A stretch of DNA of 64,000 nucleotides from Halorutilales archaeon Cl-col2-1 (GCA_041891055.1 CP169074.1:672001-736000); one strand, 5' to 3'. Positions 28,003 through 38,492 are shown, counted from the stretch's first letter. Numbers and translations: made by a program. Notes: generated by a model from the sequence alone, not told the origin.

Positions 28003-29091
28003 CTATACCCCTTCGACGGTGTTCTCGAACACCTGTTCGAAGAAGTCCTCCTCGGTGTCACGTGGACCCGAGTGTGCCTCGGGATGGTACTGTCTCGCGG
28101 TGATCCTGAGGTCGTCGTTCTCTATCGCCTCACTCGTGCCGTCGTTGGCGTTGACCTCGGTGACTTCGAGGTCTTCTAAGGTGTCCTCGTCGACAGCGAA
28201 GCCGTGGTTCTGTGCTGTGATATGTACGACGTTGTCCTCTAAGTCCTTGACAGGCTGGTTCGCACCCCTGTGCCCGAACTTGAGCTTGTAGGTCTCGGCA
28301 CCGAAGGCACGGCTGATAAGCTGGTGTCCGAGACAGACGCCCGAGACGGGGATCTCGCCGACGAATTCGTCTATGGCTTCGACAGCCTCGGAGTAGTTGG
28401 CGGGGTCTCCGGGACCGTTCGAGATGAAGAGCGAGTCGGGATCGACGTCTCTGATATCCGACGGTGAGGCGTCGTAGGGCATAGCCACGACGTCGATGTT
28501 TCTCCGCCGAAGGCTGGTTATTATGTTACTTTTCGCGCCACAGTCGAGGAGTGCGACGGTCGGGTTCTCTTCCCTGCCTCCGAATCCCTCGTAGGTTACG
28601 GGCTCGTCCACGGTGACCTGGGCTCCGAGGTCGAGTTCGGAGATGTCAGGACACGCGTCGGCGAGTTCGAGTGCCTTCTCCTCTGTGGCGTCCTCACCGA
28701 CTACGAGTCCGGCTTTCATCGTTCCGTGTTCACGTGTCTTTATTGTGAGTTCACGTGTGTCGACGCCGCTCATCGCGGGTATCTCCTCTTCCTCAAACCA
28801 GTCGAGTACGTCGCGCGGAGACGTAGAGAACTCACGTGCTATACATGCCTCAGCCTGTATTCCGTCGGACTGGAAGCTCTCGGGGTCGACACCGTAGTTT
28901 CCTATGAGGGGGTACGTGAACATCAGCATCTGGAAGGTGTACGATGGGTCGGTGAGCGACTCCTCGTACCCCGTGTACTGAGTCGTGAAGACGAGCTCTC
29001 CCTGTACCTCGCCCGGAACTCCGTGCCCCTCGCCCTCTACGACTGTTCCGTCCTCTAGGGCGAGATAGGCTTTCATGTCGGTGTCAGTCAT
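28003..29091 (-). CDS. carA: Carbamoyl-phosphate synthase small subunit
   Basis: GYEESLTDPSY, SNGPGDP, CLGHQ, QYHPEA. Confidence 0.96.
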   Translation of the reverse strand: MTDTDMKAYLALEDGTVVEGEGHGVPGEVQGELVFTTQYTGYEESLTDPSYTFQMLMFTYPLIGNYGVDPESFQSDGIQAEACIAREFSTSPRDVLDWFEEEEIPAMSGVDTRELTIKTREHGTMKAGLVVGEDATEEKALELADACPDISELDLGAQVTVDEPVTYEGFGGREENPTVALLDCGAKSNIITSLRRRNIDVVAMPYDASPSDIRDVDPDSLFISNGPGDPANYSEAVEAIDEFVGEIPVSGVCLGHQLISRAFGAETYKLKFGHRGANQPVKDLEDNVVHITAQNHGFAVDEDTLEDLEVTEVNANDGTSEAIENDDLRITARQYHPEAHSGPRDTEEDFFEQVFENTVEGV

Positions 29092-29193
29092 CGGTTCAAG
29101 TTCGGGTCATTAACCAAAAAGGGTTCTGCTTCTTGGTCTCGACAGTCGAGTCTGCAAAACCCTTATCGATCTGCGTCGTGAATACCCTGGGCT

Positions 29194-29574
29194 ATGAAGA
29201 AAGCACTCCGAACCGGTGTTTCAGTTATAGTCGGAATCGGCGTCTTCGTCGTCGTAGGCGCTGGGGTCACAGAGTTACTCTCACAACGTATTTGGCTCTC
29301 GGCTATCGTGGGTCTACCGCTGGGAATAATCGCGGGTGTATTCTCGGGGGTCGTCGCCTACGGTCTTCTGAAGTACAGGGAGACCGGGTCTAGAGACACG
29401 CTCGTAAACACCGAGAGCTTTGTAGCGGGAGTTCTGGGATTCGTGGCTGTCGGCGGTGCCGCGGTAGGTGTCTCAGGTATGCCGATGGTATCCGCGATGG
29501 TTTTCATCGGAGCACCCATAGGTCTGATCGGAGGAGTACTCGTGGGTTACGTAACTCACAGATACCTGAGTTAG
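29194..29574 (+). CDS. Small multi-TM membrane protein
   Basis: Four hydrophobic segments, internally repeated GLPLG/GAPIG. Confidence 0.65.
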   Translation: MKKALRTGVSVIVGIGVFVVVGAGVTELLSQRIWLSAIVGLPLGIIAGVFSGVVAYGLLKYRETGSRDTLVNTESFVAGVLGFVAVGGAAVGVSGMPMVSAMVFIGAPIGLIGGVLVGYVTHRYLS

Positions 29575-29595
29575 ATCAATATAGCGGTATGAGGT

Positions 29596-30132
29596 TTATG
29601 TAGTCTGATCGCGTCCGGTCTGTGCAGTTTCGACGGCACTGACTAAGTCGTCTGGACTCTGTGATCCTATGAAGACCCCACCTCTGTCTTTGAGGTCTAT
29701 ACGTACACCCTGTCTTCCCTTAGTCGTGTACGCCTTGCCCCTCCCGAAGACGCTCCAACGCAGACCCCATCCTCCGTACTCTAACAGGGAGTACTCGTCT
29801 GAGTCGAAGCCGTCAGTCTCGTCGAATCCGAATCTACGGAATGAACGGTGTAGAGGGAAGAGACGGACGTAGACGCCGTCGTCACGCACCTCGGTCGTCA
29901 GACGGATCGAGTAGAGGAATACTCCTGTGAGTACCGAGACTGTGATAAAGACAGCCGCTTCGAAGTCGGTTACAAGGTCTAGGGCGGGGGAAAGGGCTGC
30001 TACTAAGACTCCTGCAAGAACTACGACGAGCCAGAGACGGCTGATATGTTGAACCTCGCGGAAGTAGATCGTCTCTGCTTCTTCGACGTCTACTTCGGTA
30101 ATCGCCTCGGGGCTGTCCGAGTCGGTGTCCAT
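29596..30132 (-). CDS. Membrane protein (DUF6141-like)
   Basis: FREVQ, two TM segments, EYGGWGLR, FIGSQSP. Confidence 0.7.
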   Translation of the reverse strand: MDTDSDSPEAITEVDVEEAETIYFREVQHISRLWLVVVLAGVLVAALSPALDLVTDFEAAVFITVSVLTGVFLYSIRLTTEVRDDGVYVRLFPLHRSFRRFGFDETDGFDSDEYSLLEYGGWGLRWSVFGRGKAYTTKGRQGVRIDLKDRGGVFIGSQSPDDLVSAVETAQTGRDQTT

Positions 30133-30252
30133 GTTGTATCCCACTGTCTCGAACGAGATATATATACTGGAGGAGGTGTGTAAACCACATATAGCTATAC
30201 AGAAAGGCGGTGTCGACGTAACTGTTTTGTCGTCACACATAGAGAGATAGAC

Positions 30253-31053
30253 ATGGTAGAGATATCAGTCTTAGCCGACAACACCGTCTCTGAGCTCGCG
30301 CCGAAGGGACTCAGAGGCGAGTGGGGATTCTCGGCGGCGGTCGGCGACGTCCTCTTCGACACGGGACAGACGGGAGTAGTCCCTGAAAACGCCGATAGGA
30401 TGGGTGTAGAGTTCGACTTCGAGACCGTAGTCCTGAGTCACTCCCACTACGACCACACCGGAGGTCTCGACAAGGCTCTCGGAAGTCTCGAAAACCCGAC
30501 TGTCTACTGCCATCCGTCAGTCTGGAAGCCGCGTTACGTCGACCACGACGGAGAGAGACGTTACATAGGCTTCCCATACAAGAGAGAGAAGATAGAAGAC
30601 GTCGCCGCGATAGTCGAACACACAGAGCCCGTCGAGGTCTCGCCAGGAATTCACGCTTTAGGTGAGATTCCACGCGAGTACCCTGACGCCACGATGGGAA
30701 TGGTAGAAGACGAGTCGGGACTCCACGACGACGACATACTCGACGACCAGGCTCTCGCAGTCGAAGCCGAAGACGGTATAGCCGTCGTACTCGGCTGTGG
30801 GCACTCGGGACTCAGGAACACAGTAGAGTACGCCGAGTCAGTTCTCGATGACGAGGTGCGTTACATAGTAGGAGGCACACATCTCGTGGCATTCGAGGAC
30901 GAGAGAGTACACGAGATAGCCGACTGGCTCGAAGGAAGACTCGACCTCTTCGGAGGCACACACTGCACGGGTGCAGACGCCGAACGAATATTCGCAGAGA
31001 GGTTCCCCGAAGCCTTCGAATCGGTGGGCGTCGGATCAGTCTTAGAAGTCTGA
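30253..31053 (+). CDS. MBL-fold metallohydrolase
   Basis: SHSHYDHTGG, GCGHSG, GGTHL, HCTG. Confidence 0.9.
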   Translation: MVEISVLADNTVSELAPKGLRGEWGFSAAVGDVLFDTGQTGVVPENADRMGVEFDFETVVLSHSHYDHTGGLDKALGSLENPTVYCHPSVWKPRYVDHDGERRYIGFPYKREKIEDVAAIVEHTEPVEVSPGIHALGEIPREYPDATMGMVEDESGLHDDDILDDQALAVEAEDGIAVVLGCGHSGLRNTVEYAESVLDDEVRYIVGGTHLVAFEDERVHEIADWLEGRLDLFGGTHCTGADAERIFAERFPEAFESVGVGSVLEV

Positions 31054-31164
31054 AGGACATACCGGTCTTTTTCGTTTTGTGTATGGACGATCCAGCAGTA
31101 CCTATACGTTATAGAGTACTGTCAACTGCAGCTGTATGTGGGTCAGTCTCCGAAAAGCTTTTAG

Positions 31165-31190
31165 TACATACCGACTTTCATCAATATGTA
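31165..31190. promoter_or_regulatory. Probable ArsR operator (imperfect inverted repeat)
   Basis: TACATACCGA-N6-TCAATATGTA immediately before ATG 31191. Confidence 0.5.
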
Positions 31191-31295
31191 ATGTCCTCAG
31201 TCATATCGAAGATTATCGGTACAATAACCGGCACCGACGACTCGGACGACTGCTGCTGTGGAGTCGAGATAGAAGAAAAGGAGTCGGAGGAGTAG
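31191..31295 (+). CDS. 34-aa Cys-triplet peptide
   Basis: MSSVISKIIGTITGTDDSDDCCCGVEIEEKESEE; ends 6 bp before arsR. Confidence 0.55.
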   Translation: MSSVISKIIGTITGTDDSDDCCCGVEIEEKESEE

Positions 31296-31301
31296 TGTAG
31301 A

Positions 31302-31688
31302 ATGTCGGACTCAGTCCCCGAGTCGACACGTCAGACTCTCGACAGGCTCTACGACGAGCCCGAGAACCGTCTCAAGACTCTCGCCGATCTCACACCTGAC
31401 GACGAGAAAGTCGAGAGGCAGAAGGACGTATTCAAGGCTCTGTCGAACGGTAAGAGGCTACGTGTTCTCGAAGCCCTCAGAGACGGCGAGCTCTGTGCGT
31501 GTGAGCTACAGGTCGTTCTCGACGCTCCCCAGTCAACCGTAGCGAGCCATCTGAGAGAGCTAAAGGAGGCAGGACTCGTAAAGACGCGGAGACAAGGGAA
31601 ATGGACCTACTACAGGATAGGTGACACTGCAGCGCTTCAGCTTCTCGATATCGCCGACGCCCTCTCGGAGTCAGAGGTGGAAGAGTGA
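31302..31688 (+). CDS. arsR: ArsR/SmtB transcriptional repressor
   Basis: ELCACEL metal site; SHLRELKEAGLV. Confidence 0.88.
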   Translation: MSDSVPESTRQTLDRLYDEPENRLKTLADLTPDDEKVERQKDVFKALSNGKRLRVLEALRDGELCACELQVVLDAPQSTVASHLRELKEAGLVKTRRQGKWTYYRIGDTAALQLLDIADALSESEVEE

Positions 31689-32641
31689 TACCGTCGGGAT
31701 ACGAGACGGCTTTAGCCGAGTCGTGGGACTACTTCCTCCATCTCGCGGCGGTACTCATACCCCTTTTCATAGGCGCGTCGTTCCTCGTCGGACTCGTACA
31801 GGAGTACCTGCCTCCTGAGAGAGTCGAGAGCATACTCCGTGAACGCAACCGCGGCTCGGGAAACGTCGCCGCGGCGGGTCTCGGGGCTATCACCCCTTTC
31901 TGTTCTTGTTCGACGGTTCCCGTCCTCGCGGGTCTCCTAGGAGCCGGAGCACCCCTCGGTCTCTCGTTCTCGTTCTTACTCGCGTCACCGATAGTCAACG
32001 AGATAGCGGCATTTCTCCTTCTCGGTCTCTTCGGTCCCAAGATAACGGCTATCTACCTCGTATCGGCTATAGTCGCCGCGATAGTCGGTGGAATAGTCAT
32101 CGACAGCCTCGGACTCGGGCACATGGTCAAGGACGTCAAGATAACCGCGGGAGGACGTGAGATATCGACCGACGGAGGTACTGCTTCGGCTTCGTGTGCG
32201 TGCTCGTCGGCGACTCAGAAGACACACAGGGAGAAGTTCGAGACTGCGGCGAGAGGCGCGGGGTCGTTCTTCAAAGACACCTTCCCGTACCTCGTCTTAG
32301 GTATGGTACTCGGCGCTCTGATACACGGTGCGGTTCCGAAGTCGGTTCTTCAGGACATAGCAGGACCCGGTAACCCCCTCGCTGTACCGGTTGCCGCACT
32401 CGCGGGCGCGCCGCTCTATGTCAGCATCAGCGGAATGCTCCCGATAGCCCACTCGCTGACACAGCAGGGTATTCCGATAGGAACAGTGATCGCGTTCGTG
32501 ATAGGTGGAGCGGGTGTCAGTATACCCAACCTCATACTCCTCAACAAGATATTCGAGAAGAAGCTACTCGCGGTCTACGCAACGACTGTCGTGACCATCG
32601 GTGTCACAGTCGGATTCGGTCTCAACTTCCTCTTCGCGTAG
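31685..32641 (+). CDS. ArsP/DUF318 family permease
   Basis: TPFCSCSTVP, FLLASP. Confidence 0.88.
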   Translation: MIPSGYETALAESWDYFLHLAAVLIPLFIGASFLVGLVQEYLPPERVESILRERNRGSGNVAAAGLGAITPFCSCSTVPVLAGLLGAGAPLGLSFSFLLASPIVNEIAAFLLLGLFGPKITAIYLVSAIVAAIVGGIVIDSLGLGHMVKDVKITAGGREISTDGGTASASCACSSATQKTHREKFETAARGAGSFFKDTFPYLVLGMVLGALIHGAVPKSVLQDIAGPGNPLAVPVAALAGAPLYVSISGMLPIAHSLTQQGIPIGTVIAFVIGGAGVSIPNLILLNKIFEKKLLAVYATTVVTIGVTVGFGLNFLFA

Positions 32642-32710
32642 AGATACTTTTCGTTTCCTCTCAACGACAGCCATAAACGGTTCTGGGGAGTAGAAGACGT
32701 AAGAACACAG

Positions 32711-33793
32711 ATGTCGGGCAACATAGACACAGGTACACACAGCCACGTCGACGGCGGAGACGAGGACGGCGTCGTCGAGGCTCTCAACGAGTCGATGCGT
32801 TCGATAAGAAGCGAGAAGGAGAGGGACGCCAACCCCGACGAGCCGATACGTGTCTGGATAGACGAGGACAGAACACCCGACGGCGTCGGTAAGTCACTCA
32901 CTATAGTCTTCAACACAGACGGCTGCCGGTGGGCACGTGCGGGCGGATGTACGATGTGTGGCTACGTCGGAGAGTCGAACCAGGGTGCCGTAACTGCCGA
33001 CTCTCTCCTCAACCAGCTTGAGAAGGCACTCGAACACGAGGAGAACGAGCGGGTGAGATGTGACAACGTCAAGATGTACACGAGCGGTACCTTCTTCGAC
33101 GAGCGTGAGGTGCCGCTTGAGGCACGTAACGCGATACTAGATGAGTTCTCAGACAGACATGTCGTCGTCGAGAGTCTCCCCGACTTCGTCGAGAAAGACG
33201 TCATAGAGGACGCCGCCGAGAGGGTGCGTGACCTCGATGTGGCGATAGGACTTGAGACCGCCGACGACCAGATACGCAGAGAATGTGTCAACAAGTACTT
33301 CGACTTCGACGAGTTCGTACGTGCGTCCGAGGCGGCACAAGAAGCCGGTGCTGGCGTCAAGACCTACCTACTGATGAAGCCCCCGTTCGTGACCGAGAAG
33401 GAGGCTGTCGACGACATGGTCTACTCGATACGTAAGGCGGCGGAGTACTCCCATACTGTCTCGATGAACCCGTCTAATGTACAGAGGTACACACTCGTCG
33501 ACAAGCTCCATTACAGGGACGGCTACCGCCCACCGTGGCTCTGGAGCGTAGTCGAAGCCTTAGAAAGGACGAGCGACGTCCCCGCGATAGTAGTGAGTGA
33601 CCCCGTGGGATCGGGCGGCGACAGGGGTGCCCACAACTGCGGAGACTGTGACGACAAGGTTGCCTCGGCGATCAAGGACTACTCGCTCAGAGGGGACGAG
33701 TCGGTATTCGACGAGATCTACTGCGGCTGTAAGGAACAGTGGAGAGAAGTGATGGAGAGGGAGAAGCCGTGGAACATGCCGCTGACTGACTGA
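32711..33793 (+). CDS. Archaeosine biosynthesis radical SAM protein (RaSEA)
   Basis: GCRWARAGGCTMCGY, YRPPWLWS, RGAHNCGDCD. Confidence 0.88.
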   Translation: MSGNIDTGTHSHVDGGDEDGVVEALNESMRSIRSEKERDANPDEPIRVWIDEDRTPDGVGKSLTIVFNTDGCRWARAGGCTMCGYVGESNQGAVTADSLLNQLEKALEHEENERVRCDNVKMYTSGTFFDEREVPLEARNAILDEFSDRHVVVESLPDFVEKDVIEDAAERVRDLDVAIGLETADDQIRRECVNKYFDFDEFVRASEAAQEAGAGVKTYLLMKPPFVTEKEAVDDMVYSIRKAAEYSHTVSMNPSNVQRYTLVDKLHYRDGYRPPWLWSVVEALERTSDVPAIVVSDPVGSGGDRGAHNCGDCDDKVASAIKDYSLRGDESVFDEIYCGCKEQWREVMEREKPWNMPLTD

Positions 33794-33814
33794 AACTCAT
33801 CCTCTTACTCGTCA

Positions 33815-34288
33815 CTACTCTATCAGAACCGCGGCAGCTACCGTCGTAGTATGTCCGTCGGGTGTCCCCGTCGCCGACGCCGTGTACTCGAACGCCTCTC
33901 TCGCCATAGTCTTGTGACTCAGAAGCTCGACAGCGAGATCCTTCGCCTTCTCACCGTTGTTCTCAGCCTTTTCACCCATGTTCGACAGCTCTATGAGGTA
34001 GCCGTGTCCCTCATTTCCCCGCGCCGCTCCGACAGACGCGGCTATCTGTTCGCCCTCGTCGTCGGTAGAGCACCTGCTGAGTACTGCGTGGACTACGCTA
34101 CCGTCGGGAATCTCGTCGACAGCCTCCTCGGCGTCGGTTATCTCGGCGTCGGGCGGGAGTATACTCGATACTGTGGCTATGTTGTACGGCTCTATGCTCG
34201 CGTCACGCAGAGCCATCTCGAAGCTTCCTATCTCAGTCGAGTGTCGACCGACACCCGTCGTGAAGAAGACCTTAGACGGTAGATACAT
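33815..34288 (-). CDS. pdaD: Pyruvoyl-dependent arginine decarboxylase
   Basis: SFEMALRDA, YNIATVSSILP self-cleavage site. Confidence 0.85.
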   Translation of the reverse strand: MYLPSKVFFTTGVGRHSTEIGSFEMALRDASIEPYNIATVSSILPPDAEITDAEEAVDEIPDGSVVHAVLSRCSTDDEGEQIAASVGAARGNEGHGYLIELSNMGEKAENNGEKAKDLAVELLSHKTMAREAFEYTASATGTPDGHTTTVAAAVLIE

Positions 34289-34425
34289 TGAGGAGTATTA
34301 CTGCCTAAGTCGCCAAAAGGATGTCTTTTTAGGTACCGCATCAACCGCGTAATATGGACAAGACTGTACAGCATTCGCCGCCATGCTTTTACATCTACGG
34401 ACACGATACCTTATTTGGTGGTTCT

Positions 34426-34764
34426 ATGAAAACCATAACCGCGGATGAACTCGAAGACCTGAAGGAAAGCGGCGAGGAGTTCGTCCTCGTCGACGTGCTC
34501 GGGGAAGACCATTTCGAGGAGGAGCACATACCGGGTGCCCTAAACATACCCCTCGAACGTATAGCGAGCGAAGCACTTTCGAGGTTCGACAAGGACGAGA
34601 AGATAGTCGTCTACTGTGCCGACGACGAGTGCTCGGCGAGTCCGAAGGCGGCTGAGAAGCTCGAAGACCTCGGATTCGAGAACGTGATCGACTTCGAGGC
34701 GGGAGTCGACGGATGGAAGAAGTCAGGGCACGAGGTCGAGTCGGGGATGAAGACCGAGGTGTGA
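34426..34764 (+). CDS. Rhodanese-like protein
   Basis: HIPGALNIP, VVYC. Confidence 0.88.
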   Translation: MKTITADELEDLKESGEEFVLVDVLGEDHFEEEHIPGALNIPLERIASEALSRFDKDEKIVVYCADDECSASPKAAEKLEDLGFENVIDFEAGVDGWKKSGHEVESGMKTEV

Positions 34765-34794
34765 GATGTAACTGTCTCTCTTCCGTGTCCCGTA

Positions 34795-35820
34795 TCAGAC
34801 CCAGTCGACCACGCTGTTTATATTTAGGGACGTGAAGCCGTCGAGGTACGCACGAGTGTGTGAGTCCCTGTCAGGAAGTGTTCGGAAGACGACAGACGGC
34901 TTGTGACTCAGAGACGGCTTAGATTCGACCACGGATTCCCAGTCGTCGTCACCGAAGTTCGAACAGTCGACAAAGAGGACTGCGTCGTGGTCTCTTAGCT
35001 GTCCGTTCGATTTCGCGTCTACTGTCTCGTGTACAGCCTCGACGGGGCAGTTCGCCGACCGTCTGTCGGGGGGAAGTGGACGTGTGACCTCGATCAGAAG
35101 AGGGTCGTCTCGAACTCCATCCGAACTTTCGGCGTGGAAGTCGAGGCTGTGTCCCGTGTCGACGTCTATCTCGGGTGTGATTTCGTAGCCTGCTTCGGTG
35201 AGAATCCGTGCTGTGGTGAACTCCGACATCGCCGACGCCATCCTCGTGAGGTCGAGTTCGGAGCTAGTTCCAACTTTGGTCGACATCTCGTACCTGTGGT
35301 CGTCGAGAATACCCGTCGAGAGGAACTCCTCGTAGAACGAAGCCGCGTCATCGTGTGTTGCGTCGGGAAATCCCGCGGCGTTTTCCCGGAAGAAGTCGGG
35401 TACGGTCTTCCTGCCGTCCTTCGAGAGGAGAACCGGGAGGAAGAACCACGAGAGGTAGGGATACGACGAAATCCACGGCATACGTTCCTCGATTTCGCCG
35501 AGGAGTTCTCTCTGTGCTCCCCTCGAGATACCGTACGGTACAGCATCGTGCCCAAATCTGTACTTGTCGGTGTCCCAGAGTACCTCGGGAGTCTGGGTGT
35601 TTCCGAGCCAGTAACCCTCTCTCGCGTCGTTCTTCCAAGCGAAGAGGGCTATGTCGCCGTTGTCCATCTCGAACCTGCACGACGAGTAGGCTTCGGGGAC
35701 ATCGAAGCCGCCTGTTATACGTGCTCCTATCTTAGAGTCGAGAGGCTTGAGAAGCGACTCCTCGACCCGTTTTCGGCTCCAGTTTTGTCTCGAACGTCTG
35801 AAACGCAAAGGACCTGCCAC
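34795..35820 (-). CDS. Conserved haloarchaeal protein (DUF5784-like)
   Basis: PLRFRRS start, YWLGNTQTP, GHSLDF...LIEVTRP. Confidence 0.7.
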   Translation of the reverse strand: MAGPLRFRRSRQNWSRKRVEESLLKPLDSKIGARITGGFDVPEAYSSCRFEMDNGDIALFAWKNDAREGYWLGNTQTPEVLWDTDKYRFGHDAVPYGISRGAQRELLGEIEERMPWISSYPYLSWFFLPVLLSKDGRKTVPDFFRENAAGFPDATHDDAASFYEEFLSTGILDDHRYEMSTKVGTSSELDLTRMASAMSEFTTARILTEAGYEITPEIDVDTGHSLDFHAESSDGVRDDPLLIEVTRPLPPDRRSANCPVEAVHETVDAKSNGQLRDHDAVLFVDCSNFGDDDWESVVESKPSLSHKPSVVFRTLPDRDSHTRAYLDGFTSLNINSVVDWV

Positions 35821-35860
35821 TACTTGAGTTATGTCGCCGAGGTGCTTAGGTCTTCTGCCC

Positions 35861-36388
35861 CTATTCCTGTGAGACGAGGAGACCCAGATACGACGTGGTT
35901 ATCGAGTCCCCGGGATCGAGTCCGACTTCCTCTAAGACGTCTTTGACTCCGTCACGTGCGTCGTCTAGACTCGCTTCGTCGGCTTCTCTCTCGACTTCGA
36001 CGAACTCCCCGACACCGTCTACGTCGTCGAGAAGGACGTGGTAGCCGTCGAGTTCATAGACCTCTCTTTCTTTTCTGACAGTCTCGAACTCCTCGAAGCC
36101 GAGCGAGGTGAGTACGGAGTCCATAGTGTCGTCGTCTCCGACTTCAAGCTCGAACTCCTCACGTGACTTCGTCTGGGTGTCGAGCTTAGGACCCTTGTAG
36201 GTCAGACGTGTCTCGCTGTCGAGTCTTCTTATGCGTAACGCCTCGTCAGTCTCTGCGAAGTCCCTATGGGGTGCCGAGTAGTAGGTATCGACCTGAGTCT
36301 TCGAACCGTGTCTCTCGGCTCCGATCTCTTCGAGTCTCTGTCTGACCTCGTCTATGTCGGCACGTACCTTAACTTCGACCTCAATCAT
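35861..36388 (-). CDS. cyaB: CYTH-domain protein (class IV adenylate cyclase-like)
   Basis: EVEVK, DEALRIR, LTYKGP. Confidence 0.88.
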   Translation of the reverse strand: MIEVEVKVRADIDEVRQRLEEIGAERHGSKTQVDTYYSAPHRDFAETDEALRIRRLDSETRLTYKGPKLDTQTKSREEFELEVGDDDTMDSVLTSLGFEEFETVRKEREVYELDGYHVLLDDVDGVGEFVEVEREADEASLDDARDGVKDVLEEVGLDPGDSITTSYLGLLVSQE

Positions 36389-36433
36389 ACGTGAGAGTGG
36401 CGTGACTGAGGCATACAGCTTACGGTGGCTGTC

Positions 36434-36664
36434 TCACTCGAGGGCTATGGGAAGAAAGACACCGACTACGAAGACAGAGACGAACGCAAGGAGTATACCG
36501 AGACCCATCATGTCGGTGAGAAGTACGTCCTCCCAGTCGGGAAGTCCTCCGAGGACGGCGTTTCCGGCTGTCTCTCCGACGGCTCCTACCACGAACATGC
36601 CGACGCCTGTTACGAACCCGAGCTTCGCAGTACGTGCGTAGTCTATTCTCGCACCCGATGCCAT
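36434..36664 (-). CDS. Small two-TM membrane protein
   Basis: DYARTAKLGF plus two hydrophobic helices. Confidence 0.7.
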   Translation of the reverse strand: MASGARIDYARTAKLGFVTGVGMFVVGAVGETAGNAVLGGLPDWEDVLLTDMMGLGILLAFVSVFVVGVFLPIALE

Positions 36665-36747
36665 GTCTAACGACGCAGAACGCCACCTATTATTAGCTTC
36701 GGTCTCACGGTCTCAGACGGAGTCCTCTGAGAAGCTGTCGTGTCGGA

Positions 36748-37593
36748 TCAGAGCAAGTCTGCGATCAGACTCGCTACAGAGACGGAGTCAAGACCCGACT
36801 TGAGTGTGTCAGTAGTTACGACCTCTTCTACGCCCGCGGAGTAGAGTCTCAGAACGGCGTTCTTCGCGAAGACAGGATGGACACACGCCGCGTAGACCTT
36901 CTCGGCACCCTGTTCTTCGAGAAGTTCGACGGCGGTACTCATAGTGCCACCCGTGGCTACCATGTCGTCGACTATCACGACTTCTCTCCCTTCGACAGAG
37001 AGCTCCTTGGGCTGTATCTCGACCTGATCGCCCGAGATACGTGTCTTCTCTAGGTAGTCGACCTCACCACCGAGAACCGACTGTGCCGACTCGGCGAGTT
37101 CTATCGCGCCGGCATCGGGCGAGAGGACGATTGGAGAGTCCGACTCGACGATGTCTTCCAGCTTTTCTCCGAGAACCGACACTGCATCAAGGTTTTGGGT
37201 CTCAGCGTCGAACCAGTCGAGTACAGAAGGCTCGTGTACGTTGACTGTGGTGACCGAGTCGACACCGTCCGAGACTGCACGTCCGAGTGCCCTCGCGGTG
37301 ACAGGCTCGCCCTCCTCGAACTTCTTGTCCTGTCTCGCGTATCCCATGTATGGCATCACTACGTCTACCCTCTCGGCGTCGGAGCACGCGTCTATGGTCT
37401 GAAGGAGCTCTATATACGTCTCGTCAGTAGGTGTACTCGCGACTACTACGGCTCTACTGTCCTCTATACCCGGGACTCTCACGAGACTCTCGCCGTCAGG
37501 GAACCTCTCGTACTCGACTTCTACGAGATCGTCTCCCGACTCGTGGGCGACACGTGCGGCGAGTGCCTGTGACTCCGAACCTGCTACTATCAT
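36748..37593 (-). CDS. prs: Ribose-phosphate pyrophosphokinase
   Basis: FPDGE, PYMGYARQD, VDDMVATGGT. Confidence 0.95.
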   Translation of the reverse strand: MIVAGSESQALAARVAHESGDDLVEVEYERFPDGESLVRVPGIEDSRAVVVASTPTDETYIELLQTIDACSDAERVDVVMPYMGYARQDKKFEEGEPVTARALGRAVSDGVDSVTTVNVHEPSVLDWFDAETQNLDAVSVLGEKLEDIVESDSPIVLSPDAGAIELAESAQSVLGGEVDYLEKTRISGDQVEIQPKELSVEGREVVIVDDMVATGGTMSTAVELLEEQGAEKVYAACVHPVFAKNAVLRLYSAGVEEVVTTDTLKSGLDSVSVASLIADLL

Positions 37594-37649
37594 TAGATAC
37601 CAAATCGTGAGAGCCGGCTTTAAGCATCACGGTATCCGGTGTCGCTTTC

Positions 37650-38432
37650 TCAGACACCAATCTCCATCTCGACCCTGTCGCCCGACGACAGACCGAACTC
37701 GTCGCTCCCGCTTCCGTGGTTGACGCTGATCTCGAAGTTGCCGTGGCTTCCGACAGTACAGACGGGCTCTCCATCGCCGACTCCGGCGTATGTTCTCTCG
37801 AACGCAACACGACGTCCGTCGACCTCGATATAAGAGCCGTATCCCACCTCTTCGACCATCTCGTCGCCGTCGAGGTTAGTGACTACGTTTCCGAAGCTGT
37901 CGACGTAGACGACCTCGGCGGTAGTACTGCCGTCCTCAAGCCTCGCAGTCTCCCAGTCGAGGTCTACGTAGCCGTCTATCTCGTTCTCATCTGCGAACTC
38001 GAACTCTCCCTCAGCGACATCGGCAGCCGCAGGCGCGAAGACGTCTCTTCCGTGGAAGGTGTTTGACTCGGTTTTGGCGTCCTCGTAGACGTAGTCGTAG
38101 ACTGTCGGCTCGCCGAGACGTCTCATAGCCCTCAGAAGGACGCCGTTGTCGGGACCTACGAAGTACTGACCTCCCGACTCGCCGACGACGGCGCGTCTGT
38201 CGGTTCCGACTCCGGGATCGACTACGACACAGTGAACGGTTCCGTCGGGGAAGTAGGCTGCGACATTCGAGAGTATGAAAGACGCCGCACGTACATCCTG
38301 AGGAGGTACCGAGTGGTAGATGTCTACGAGACTTGTACGTGCGTCGGTGCGTGACGACAGAACGCCTTTCATCGCCGAGACATAGAAGTCGTCGAAGTCC
38401 GTGAGGAGCGTGACCACGTCGGTGTCTGTCAT
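37650..38432 (-). CDS. SAM hydroxide adenosyltransferase (DUF62, chlorinase/fluorinase family)
   Basis: LLTDF, VVDPGVGTDR, TFHGRDVF, DSFGN. Confidence 0.9.
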   Translation of the reverse strand: MTDTDVVTLLTDFDDFYVSAMKGVLSSRTDARTSLVDIYHSVPPQDVRAASFILSNVAAYFPDGTVHCVVVDPGVGTDRRAVVGESGGQYFVGPDNGVLLRAMRRLGEPTVYDYVYEDAKTESNTFHGRDVFAPAAADVAEGEFEFADENEIDGYVDLDWETARLEDGSTTAEVVYVDSFGNVVTNLDGDEMVEEVGYGSYIEVDGRRVAFERTYAGVGDGEPVCTVGSHGNFEISVNHGSGSDEFGLSSGDRVEMEIGV

Positions 38433-38492
38433 CGGAGTCGTTTGGTCTTCGGGAGCCAAAAGGCTTGACTTTGTGGCTGCGCGAGTCGTAGT

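Noticed and set aside
28003-29091. carA without adjacent carB as a novel function
   Set aside because: All CarA motifs are normal, and carB can lie elsewhere in the genome.
36711-36733. Hairpin TCTCAGA..TCTGAGA as another micro-element copy
   Set aside because: Single hairpin without CGT/ACG ends; may simply be a terminator-like structure after prs.
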